A program made the translations under genes and the position numbers. 58,776 bases of DNA from assembly GCA_028700185.1 (NCBI GenBank), contig JAQVTF010000002.1, forward strand, positions 1 to 58,776, in the 5' to 3' direction. Positions 10,859-19,407 of this stretch are shown piece after piece. The notes beneath the pieces are model-generated. The model had not been told where the DNA came from and did no database searches. It saw only the letters and a list, made by a program, of their open reading frames with translations. The first letter of the stretch is position 1, and every line of letters begins with the position of its first letter. The stretch is from Desulfobacteraceae bacterium (GTDB lineage Bacteria; Desulfobacterota; Desulfobacteria; Desulfobacterales; UBA2174).

Positions 10859-11674
10859 ATGGGTACCAAGCTTCGCATCGGCGCCTTGATTTCCGGCGGC
10901 GGTACCAACCTGCAAGCCATTCTGGACGCCTGCGCCCAGGGCACCATCGACGGACGGGTGGTCTTCGTGGGGACCGACAACCCCCACGCCAATGGCCTGG
11001 AACGCGCCCGTCGCCATGAGGTCCCCACCTTCGTGGTGGATTACGCCCGCCTCATCGGCGACTACCGCACCGATCCGGCCAGCGTGAAGCTGCCGCCGGA
11101 TGCCGACCTGGACGATTTGGCCCGTCGCCAGTCCCTGCTTCCCGCCGGCGCCGACCCGGCCAGGATCCGGCGCTTCCTTCACACGCGGGTGGCGGCCGAA
11201 GCGGCCCTGTTGGCGGCCATGGCCGCCCATCCTTTCGACCTGCTGGTACTGGCCGGCTTCATGCGCAACCTGACGCCCTACTTCATCGACCGCGTCAACA
11301 CCGACCCGGCTAAGCCGCGGATCATGAACATCCATCCCGCCCTGCTGCCGGCCTTCCCCGGAACCGACGGCTACGGGGATACGTTCCGTTACGGGGCCAA
11401 GGTGGGCGGCTGCACCGTACATTTCATCGACTACGGCGAAGACAGCGGCCCCATCATCGGCCAGCGCGCCTTCGCCATCCAAGCGGACGACACCGAGGAA
11501 CGCATCCGGCAAAAGGGGCTGGATCTCGAGTGGCAGATCTACCCGGAGTGCATTCAGTTGTATGCCGAGGACCGTTTGCGGGTGGCCGTTCGCACCCATC
11601 ACCTGCCCCACGGCGGCGTTTACCGGCGTGCCGTGGTGGAAATTCTCGGAGAAAAAACACCAGGGACAAGATAG
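10859..11674 (+). CDS. purN: phosphoribosylglycinamide formyltransferase (longer than usual, with an internal insertion)
   Basis: LISGGGTNLQAILDA, LAGFMR, and NIHPALLPAFPG...GCTVHFIDYGEDSGPII. Confidence 0.85.
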   Translation: MGTKLRIGALISGGGTNLQAILDACAQGTIDGRVVFVGTDNPHANGLERARRHEVPTFVVDYARLIGDYRTDPASVKLPPDADLDDLARRQSLLPAGADPARIRRFLHTRVAAEAALLAAMAAHPFDLLVLAGFMRNLTPYFIDRVNTDPAKPRIMNIHPALLPAFPGTDGYGDTFRYGAKVGGCTVHFIDYGEDSGPIIGQRAFAIQADDTEERIRQKGLDLEWQIYPECIQLYAEDRLRVAVRTHHLPHGGVYRRAVVEILGEKTPGTR

Positions 11675-11825
11675 CCTGCCATCTCTAACTTCGGATCAAT
11701 GCCCCCGGTGACGTGATTGACTCGGAACGGTCGCCCTCAAGAAAACAGGGCCGGGAGCATATCGCCCCGGCCCCAATTGGGCTGCCGCCAGGCAGCGGCA
11801 TCTTGACGGATGTCAACCCGCGATT

Positions 11826-13289
11826 TTACAGCAGGCGTCCGCCGCTTTCCGGCCAACGCCGCACCAAGTTGCGGGAAGCGTCGGTGATGGTGATGGTAAT
11901 GCCGTGATCGCCGTCCAGGCGATGCGTTGCGCAGGAAATTCATGGGTCGTAGGCGCGCACCGCCATTTCGATCCGGTTGAGAATCCCCTCGTCCACCTTG
12001 CCGTCATGGATCAACTCCCGGGCCGCCTGGTTGACGCTCATGTTGATGGGCCCGAGGTTGTGGGTAGTCCCCACGATCATGTTGGCATGGCGGATCAATC
12101 CGTTTTCGTCGGTGGTGTAGTCGTGAATCAGGGTGCCCCGCGGCGCCTCGACACAGCCGATGCCGCGGCCGGCTCTCGGTTCCACCTTGGCCCGGACGTT
12201 GGGATTGGTGATTTCCGGGTCTTCCAGGATCTCGATGGCCCGTTCGCAGGCGTAGACCTCCTCGATGAGCCGGGCCCAGTGATAGAGCAAGGTCGCCTGG
12301 GCCGGACGGCCGAAGTGCTGGCGGAAGGCCTCCAGCTCGGCCTGGGCCCGGGGCGTGGAAATGTGGTCGGCCACGTTGATGCGTGCCAACGTGTTGGACC
12401 GGTATACACCCCGGGGTTGGTCCAGATCCAGGGAGAAACCCTCGTCCCAGCACCGCGCATAGGGAAACTTGCCGTAGGAATAGGGCAGCACCTGTTCGCC
12501 GATGTAGTCGGTGTAGTCGTTGGGGGAGAATTCGGTGATGCTGCCGTCCGGCTTCATCAGGCGCAGGTTGCCGTCGTAGAGGTTCAACGCCCCGTCGTCG
12601 TCCACCGTGCCGATGAAACCGGTGTTGATGACGCCGATGGTCGTGATGGCGTCCATGTACTTGGGGAAAATCTCCTTCTTGGCAAAATCCATCGTGAACA
12701 GGGCGAAATCCAGGATCTGGCGCATCCGGTCGAGGATTTCCAGGCGCTGATCCTCGCGCATCGGCTTGGAAAAGCCGCCTGGCACCCCCGCAATGGGATG
12801 GATCGCCTTGTTGGAGAACTGGTCCAAGGTCATCTTGGCCAGGTGACGCATCTTGACCACCCGCTGCGCCAACTCCGGATTGGCCTGAACGATGCCGATG
12901 ATGTTGCGCACCGCGTAATCGGTATCCGGACCGATGACGAAATCGGCCGCCGCCAGGAAAAAGAAATGCAGCAGCTTGTCTTCAGCGTGGGAAATGGTCT
13001 GCATCAACTCGCGCAACTTGCTGCCTGTCGGCGTCGGGGTGACGCCGAAGCAGCCGTCCACGGCCTTGTTGGCGGCCAGATGATGCATCCAGGGACAGAT
13101 GCCGCAGATGCGGCTCACGATGCGCGGCAGTTCTTCGGCGGGTTTGCCTTCCACGAATTTTTCGAACCCGCGCATGGACAGGATGTTGACCCGCGCCTGG
13201 CTCACGTTGCCCGTATCGTCTAGTTCGATACCGATGGAAGCGTGCCCCTCGATGCGGGTGATGGGCTGAATGTTGATAACCCGGGACAT
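11826..13289 (-). CDS. mvhA: Mvh/Vhu-type cytoplasmic [NiFeSe] hydrogenase large subunit. The in-frame TGA at 11940-11942 is read as selenocysteine.
   Basis: N-terminal RIEGH and RICGICP motifs. The ORF track ends at ...VRAYDP + TGA. The same frame continues ISCATH RLDGDHGITITITDASRNLVRRWPESGGRLL to TAA at 11826-11828, restoring the DP[C/U]xxCxxH nickel-ligand motif plus a cleavable tail. Confidence 0.85.
11907..11923 (-). promoter_or_regulatory. candidate bacterial SECIS hairpin for the mvhA UGA
   Basis: The mRNA reads AUCGCC-UGGAC-GGCGAU (6-bp stem, 5-nt loop) and begins 16 nt after UGA. It has the same loop and spacing as the mvhD hairpin. Confidence 0.55.
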
Positions 13290-13293
13290 GGTT

Positions 13294-14235
13294 TTACGAC
13301 TCCTTTCTTTTACCCGCCGGCCGCAACAGGCCGTGGGCGCCGGCGAAACGTAGCAGCGACACGCTCTCGGGCAGGCTTGCTAGATCGATTCCGTTGGAAG
13401 CCAGGGCGTTGAGCATGTCCAGGCGCGGGTTGCCGTTCTGGCGTACCGGCCCGTAGCAGCCCCGGCAGGGAACCCGGGCCGCGATGCACCGCGGCGGTCC
13501 GTCGATCCCGCCGCAGCCGGCCCGGGTGACCGGTCCCATGCACAAGAACCCCTGTTCCAGCAGGCAGCGCATCTCGTCCAGAGGAGCGTCGGGATCGGCG
13601 TACACCGGTGCTTCGAGGAAACGCTTCAGCTTCTTGAGTTGCCCCTTTCCCTCGCGTCGGGTCGGGCAGACGTCGCAGACGCTCTTTCCCGGCAGCACGG
13701 GGGTTTTTCCTTCCACCAACGCCGTCAGGGCGGAAAAGATGTGGTCCGGGTGGGGCGGACAGCCGGGCAGATAGATGTCCACGGCGATCTTCTCGTCCAA
13801 CGCGTAGCAGCGGTCGAGCAGGGGTGGAACGATGTTCATATCCGGATGACGCTCCGGCGCGTCGGTGGTCTCGGTGGTGTAGTAGCGGTGGAGAATCTCT
13901 TCCGGGCTGTAGGCGTTGGACAGGGCTGGAATCCCGCCGTGGGTGGCACAGGTGCCCAGGGCGATGATCGTCCGACAGCGTTTGCGCATCTCCAGGGCCA
14001 CTTCCAGGTGCTCCGCGTTACGAATGCCCCCACTGATCAACCCCACATCGGCCTCGGGAATTGCGAGATGAACACCGTCGCCGAGCTGGCCGAAGTACTT
14101 GTGATCCATCAGGGCCGGGATGTGCACGAAATCGGCCACCTTGAGCACCTCCAGCAGCCGCTCTCCCATGTCCAGGATCGAAATCTCGCAGCCGGCACAG
14201 GAGTTGAGCCATTCACTTGCCACTTTTACCGTCAT
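13294..14235 (-). CDS. mvhG: Mvh-type [NiFe] hydrogenase small subunit (no Tat signal, cytoplasmic)
   Basis: MTVKVASEWLNSCAGCEISILD..., later GTCATHGGIP and multiple Cys clusters. There is no twin-arginine leader. Confidence 0.9.
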   Translation of the reverse strand: MTVKVASEWLNSCAGCEISILDMGERLLEVLKVADFVHIPALMDHKYFGQLGDGVHLAIPEADVGLISGGIRNAEHLEVALEMRKRCRTIIALGTCATHGGIPALSNAYSPEEILHRYYTTETTDAPERHPDMNIVPPLLDRCYALDEKIAVDIYLPGCPPHPDHIFSALTALVEGKTPVLPGKSVCDVCPTRREGKGQLKKLKRFLEAPVYADPDAPLDEMRCLLEQGFLCMGPVTRAGCGGIDGPPRCIAARVPCRGCYGPVRQNGNPRLDMLNALASNGIDLASLPESVSLLRFAGAHGLLRPAGKRKES

Positions 14236-14250
14236 CTCTGATTCCTCCGT

Positions 14251-15369
14251 CTAAATCTTCACCCTCACCGAGGGGGCGCCCAACTCCTGCCGGAAGGCCG
14301 CGGCACTTTCCTTCTTGCGCCGCGACCATTCGTGCACCTTTTCCAGGGCGGCACTGGCGTAGCGGTGATCGTCCTGGTAGCGAAAAGTCTCCAGCGCCCC
14401 TGCACTGCGGGCATCGGAGAACACCGCCCGGCCAAGGGGAGTGCGCATGATGGTGGTGGTCCAACCCTCCCGGGCGCCGATGCCGCCGAAGGCGATATCG
14501 GCGAATTCCGCGGCATAGTCCGGGCAGAAACGGCAGGCGTAGCGGCGGATCGCCGCCAGGTCCGCCAACGGAATCGTTTTGATTTCCCCGTTGTTCAGGT
14601 GGAGCATCAAGGCTTCCTTGATATTGATCTTGCGCACCTGGTCCCAGTCGAAGCCATGGGCCTCGGCCAGCGCTTGGCGCTGTTTTTCTCCAAAAACGAA
14701 GTTGCCCGAACAAAACAGACCGAAGCAGAACTGGATCGCGTCCGAGGGAACCAGCCCTAACGTCTGCATACGGCGCACCGATTTGATCTGACAGGGAGTG
14801 CCCACCAGCGCCACCCGGTGCAGCCCCTTTTTGACCATGGGGTCGAATTCTTCGATGGAAGAATAGGTCATGTACTGGTCGCTGAAGCTTTTCATCCCGT
14901 GGCTGGTGTCGAAAAAAAAGCCGGCCGATTCGAGGATGTCCTCGCGGGTGGTGGCCAGGAAGGGGCGTCGCTGAAACGGCCCCACCTGTTGGGCCACGAT
15001 GGCCCCGTCGATCCGTCCCCGGTCGAAGAGATGCAGCAACAGGGCCGTGACCACACCGCCGTCGGTGGCCCGCTGGCGCACGGTCTCATCCATGGCCCGG
15101 GCCACGGTGGATTCCATGATCCGCCCCATGGGTTCACTCCAGGCGGCCCGCCGTCGGGTCTCTTCCTCCAGTTCGTCCACTTCCGGACAGATGGCATGGC
15201 ACAACCCGCACTCGATGCACTTTTCGATATCCGCATAGCGCGGTTTACCGTCTTCATCCAGTTCCAGCGCCCCGTAGTTGACGGCCGTGCAGAAGGTCAC
15301 GCAGCCTCCGCAGCGGTGGCAGAGCCCTGGTTTCTGGACTTCCTGGATCAGGTCGAAAAAGGTTTTCAT
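14251..15369 (-). CDS. FrhB/FdhB-family flavo-iron-sulfur protein (coenzyme F420 hydrogenase/dehydrogenase beta-like) with an N-terminal 2x[4Fe-4S] ferredoxin
   Basis: CHRCGGCVTFC...CIECGLCHAICP, then DGGVVTALL...VGTPCQIKSVR...CRFCPDYAAEFADIAFGG. Confidence 0.8.
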   Translation of the reverse strand: MKTFFDLIQEVQKPGLCHRCGGCVTFCTAVNYGALELDEDGKPRYADIEKCIECGLCHAICPEVDELEEETRRRAAWSEPMGRIMESTVARAMDETVRQRATDGGVVTALLLHLFDRGRIDGAIVAQQVGPFQRRPFLATTREDILESAGFFFDTSHGMKSFSDQYMTYSSIEEFDPMVKKGLHRVALVGTPCQIKSVRRMQTLGLVPSDAIQFCFGLFCSGNFVFGEKQRQALAEAHGFDWDQVRKINIKEALMLHLNNGEIKTIPLADLAAIRRYACRFCPDYAAEFADIAFGGIGAREGWTTTIMRTPLGRAVFSDARSAGALETFRYQDDHRYASAALEKVHEWSRRKKESAAAFRQELGAPSVRVKI

Positions 15370-15393
15370 GATCGTCTCCTCTCGCCGGCGCCA

Positions 15394-15834
15394 TCAGGCG
15401 GCGCTGTCCACCGGCGCTTCCGGCACCGCCACGGGGTTGGGGCCCAGAGACCGGATCTTCTCGGTAAAACGGGTCACCACCTCGGCAAAGCGCGGGGCTT
15501 CGGCGGAGGATACCCACTCGATGGCGAACCGCTCTGGCTCGATCCCCAAATCCTCGAGCACGATATGAATGGCGGCGGTCCGGTTCAGGGCCTTGGCATT
15601 ACCGTCCAGGTAATGGCATTCACCGAGGTGTCAACCCATGACGATGACACCGTCGGCACCCTTCTGCAGCGCCCCCACCACCAGGTCTGGGTGCACCATC
15701 CCCGAACACATCACCCGCACCGCACGCATGTTGGGCGGGTACTGAAGGCGCGACACGCCGGCCAGGTCGCCGCCGGCATAGGCGCACCAGTTGCACAGAA
15801 AGCCGATGATGACAGGCTCAAAATTGTCGGCCAT
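15394..15834 (-). CDS. mvhD: MvhD-type hydrogenase delta subunit. The in-frame TGA at 15631-15633 is read as selenocysteine.
   Basis: GFLCNWCAYAGGDLAGVSRLQYPPNMRAVRVMCSG...GADGVIVMG + TGA. The same frame continues HLGECHYLDGNAKA...ERFAIEWVSSAEAPRFAE... to TGA at 15394-15396. Cys-type homologs carry G-C-H-x-G-D/E-C-H-Y here. Confidence 0.85.
15597..15615 (-). promoter_or_regulatory. candidate bacterial SECIS hairpin for the mvhD UGA
   Basis: The mRNA reads CAUUACC-UGGAC-GGUAAUG (7-bp stem, 5-nt loop) and begins 15 nt after UGA. Confidence 0.55.
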
Positions 15835-15863
15835 GATGAGATTCCTTTCTAAGAATGGGGAAA

Positions 15864-16352
15864 AATGACTTAAGTGACTAAAAACTGAGTGACTAAAATT
15901 ACGAGTGACTAAAGTGACTAAAAACTGAGTGACTAAAATTACGAGTGACTAAAGTGACTAAAGTGGTGGTGTCGCTGCGCTCCGGTTTTTATATAACTGG
16001 CAGAATTCATTCACTTTAGCTCACTTTAGTCACTTTAGTTCACTTTAGTTCACTTGACACTCTAGATCACTTTGGCTTTTTTAGTGACTAAAATTACGAG
16101 TGCCTAAAGTGGTGGTGTCGCTGCGCTCCGGTTTTTATATAACTGGCAGAATTCATTCACTTTAGCTCACTTTAGTTCACTTTAGTCACTTTAGTTCACT
16201 TGACACTCTAGATCACTTTGGCTTTTTAGTGACTAAAATTACGAGTGACTAAAGTGACTAAAGTGGTGGTGTCGCTGCGCTCCGGTTTTTATATAACTGG
16301 CAGAATTCATTCACTTTAGCTCACTTTAGTCACTTTAGTTCACTTTAGTCAC
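15864..16352. repeat. AT-rich, ORF-free array of about three composite palindromic units (146-154 nt) built from phased GTGACTAAA / TCACTTTAG 9-mers around a roughly 45-nt core
   Basis: The core AAGTGGTGGTGTCGCTGCGCTCCGGTTTTTATATAACTGGCAGAATTCAT occurs at 15961, 16107 and 16261. 15928-16049 is identical to 16228-16349 (122 nt). There is an exact 40-nt tandem duplication at 15881-15920 / 15921-15960. Seven exact GTGACTAAA copies lie in 15874-15962. The array fills the hdrA-mvhD intercistronic gap. Confidence 0.9.
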
Positions 16353-16359
16353 TTTTTTT

Positions 16360-19300
16360 TCATTTCACCAACGCCGCCTCCACCTGGGCCTCGAGCTGGT
16401 CCAGGGTGAATCCGTGTACCAGGACGCCTCCCTTGGGACAGGTGGCCTCGCAGAGTCCGCATCCCTTGCACAGGGCCGGATCGGTCTTGATGCGTTTGTG
16501 CACGGTGCCGTTTTCGGCCTGGAATTCTTCCAGGGAGATGGCCCGGTACGGGCACACATCCACGCACAGGGCACAGCCGTCGCATTTGTCGGTGACGAAA
16601 CTCTTGATGGCATCGAGCTGCATTTCGTCCCGGTCCAGCAGAATCGCGGCACGGGCTGCCGCCGCCTGGGCCTGGGCGATACTCTCGTCCACCGGCTTGG
16701 GGTAGTTGCACAGCCCCGCCACGAACAGGCCGTCCACGGACATGTCCACCGGTCGCAGCTTGGGATGGGCCTCGTTGAGAAACCCGTCCTCGTTCTGGCC
16801 GCACTTGTACAGCTCCACCAGGGACCGATTCGGGTAGGGTTCAATGGCCGACGCCAGCACGAGGTAGTCGACGTCAAACTCGAGGGGCATCTGGAGAATC
16901 GGGTCGAAGGCCGTTACCGTCACCCCGTCGCTGCCCGGGGCGACCCCGGGCTTGCGATCCACATCGTAGCGGATGAAAATGACCCCCAGGGCCCGGGCCT
17001 GCTGGTAGAGCAGCTCACGCTTGCCGTAGGTACGAATGTCCCGGTACATCACGTAGACCGGCATCTCCGGCTGGAGGGTCTTGAGGCGGATGGCGCTTTT
17101 CATGGTGTGGGTGCAGCAGATGCGGCTGCAGTAGGGCCGCTTCGGCTCGCGGGAGCCCACACACTGGATGAAGGCCACCCCGGCGGCCTGCCGGATCTCG
17201 TCCGCATGCCCCTCGACGAAAGCGTCGAACTCCAGGTGGGTCATCACCCGGTCGCTCTCCCCGTAGCCGTACGCCTCGGGCACCGATTCCCGGGCGCCCA
17301 CCGCCACCACGGCAGCCCCGTAGCTCACGGCACGGGTTTCTCCGTCGACTTCGATGCGACTGACAAAATTGCCCACCGATCCCACCGCGGTCAAGAGTCG
17401 GGCGTTCTTCATCACCTGGACCCCCGGGTGGGCTTCCACCTGACCGATCATGGCTTCAAGCATGGGCCGAATCGGTTCCCCCGTCTCGGTTTCGCCCAAA
17501 CGCCAGGCGTTGCCCCCGAGGCGCTGGCCTTTTTCCAGCAGCACGGTGGGAATATCCCGGTCAGCCAGGGTCAGGGCCGCCGTCATGCCGGCGATGCCAC
17601 CGCCGATGACCAGGGCCTTGCGGGTCACCGGTACCCGCAGCCGGCCCAAGGGCGCCATGCGGGACGCCTTGGCCACGGCCATGCGCACCTGGACCTTGGC
17701 CTTTTCGGTGGCCTGTTCGGGCATTTTCTGGTGCACCCAGGAATTCTGGTTGCGGATGTTGGCCATCTCGATGAGGTACGGGTTGAGGCCGGCCTCCTGA
17801 AGCGTCTCCTGGAACAAGGGTTCATGGGTGCGCGGGGTACAGGCGGCCACCACAATCCGATTGAGACCGTGTTCGGCGATCTTCTTGGCGATGAGATCCT
17901 GGGTGTCGGCCGAACAGGTGAACAGGTTGTTGTCCACAAACACCACGTTGGGCAAAGTGGCGGCATAGGCGGCCACCGCCTTCACGTCCACCACGCCGGC
18001 GATGTTGATGCCGCAGGAACAGACAAAAACACCGATGCGCGGGGTCTCTCCGGCCACGTCCCGTTCGTCCGGATAGGTCTTCTCGTGTGTCAGGGCCCCC
18101 CGGGCGGGCAGCATGAGGTGAGCCGCCTCGGCGGCGGCGGTGGAGGCTTCGGCCACCGAGCGAGGGATCGCCTTGGGCCCCTGGAAGGCCCCGGTGACAA
18201 AAACCCCGGGACGGGTGCTGCACACCGGATGGAAATAATCGGTCTTGGCGAAACCGTAGGCGTCGAGCTCGATGCCGAAGGCCGCCGCCAACTGCCGGGC
18301 GTCCGCCGGCGCCTCCAACCCCACGGACAGGACCGTCATGTCGAAGGTTTCCACCTGCGTCTGCCCATCTTCGGTGGTGTACCGCAGGCTGACACCGTGC
18401 CCGTCGGGGCCCGGGTCGATGGAGTGGGGCCGAGCCCGGATAAACTGCACCCCCTTGGCCCGAGCGTCTTCGTAGAAGCGTTCGAATTCTTTGCCCGGAC
18501 TGCGGATGTCCATGTAAAAAATGCTCTGTTGGACCTCGTCGCCGGTGAGGTGCTCGGCGGTGACCAGGGACTGCTTGATGGCATACATGCAGCAAACGCT
18601 GGAACAGTAAGCATTGGTGCAACGGTTGGTGCTGCGGGAGCCCACGCACTGGATCCAGGCGATACGGCGGGGTTCCCGGTTGTCCGAGGGGCGCTTGAGG
18701 TGCCCCATGCAGGGCCCTCCGGCCGAGAGCAGTCGTTCGTACTCCAGACTGGTAACCACATCGGGGATCTTCTTGTAGCCGTAGAAATCATACGGTGACG
18801 GGTCGAACGGCTGGAAACCGGGGGCCAGAATCACCGCCCCCACTTGGAGATCGAAAAACTTTTCCTCGTCGTCGAAACGGATGGCGCCGGTGGGACAGAA
18901 CTTCTCGCAGGCCCGGCATTTGCCCCGGGTCAGATAGATGCAGTGCTCGGGATCGATGGCATACTTGAGCGGCACCGACTGACCGTACTTGATGTAGGCC
19001 GCCTTGCGCTTGTTGAGCCCCATGTTGAAGGCGTCATCGACCCGTTTGGGACATTTTTCCGCGCACAGCCCGCAGGCGATGCACTTTTCCATGTCGATGT
19101 AACGGGGGTGTTGCTTGACGGTGACGGTGAAGTTGCCCGCCTCGCCCTTGACATCGACCACTTCCGAAAGGGTAAGCAAATTGACGTTGAGATGCCGGCC
19201 GACCTCGACCAGTTTCGGAGAGATGATTCACATGGCGCAATCGTTGGTGGGATAAGTCTTGTCCAACTGGGCCATGACGCCGCCGATGCCGGCGGTCTTT

Positions 19301-19407
19301 TCCACCATGTGAACGTAATAGCCGGACTCGGCCAGGTCGAGGGTCGCCTGGATGGCGGCGATGCCCCCGCCGACCACCATTGCCGCTCCAATGGGAGATT
19401 GAGACAT
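16360..19407 (-). CDS. hdrA: tandem (double-module) HdrA-family flavo-iron-sulfur protein. The in-frame TGA at 19228-19230 is read as selenocysteine.
   Basis: ATG at 19407 with an AAGAGG RBS. The sequence reads [20 protein letters not shown]...[12 protein letters not shown] + TGA + [12 protein letters not shown]..., joining the 16360-19179 ORF in frame. Cys homologs carry FPTxDC(S/A)xCI at this point. It has ferredoxin CxxCxxCxxxCP motifs and a second FAD module ([15 protein letters not shown]). Confidence 0.85.

Noticed and set aside
15864-16352. The repeat array might be a CRISPR locus.
   Set aside because: There is no alternation of a fixed repeat with unique similar-length spacers. The sequence between repeats is itself repeated, the arms are inverted copies of each other, and there are no cas genes in the window.
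15864-16352. The repeat array might be a replication origin or iteron/DnaA-box cluster.
   Set aside because: The 9-mer TTAGTCACT matches the DnaA box TTATCCACA at only about 6 of 9 positions. No dnaA/dnaN/rep gene is nearby, and the array sits inside an operon. This is not excluded but is unsupported.
16414-18798. A 794-aa plus-strand ORF lies opposite hdrA. Similar long antisense ORFs occur elsewhere, e.g. 2109-2591, 3935-4795, 5131-6237, 6988-8253, 11904-13223, 33988-35997, 36016-37515, 37382-39202 and 54849-56426.
   Set aside because: They are Gly/Arg/Pro/His-rich and motif-free, and each mirrors a well-supported gene on the other strand. These are typical shadow ORFs of GC-rich DNA in which stop codons are rare.
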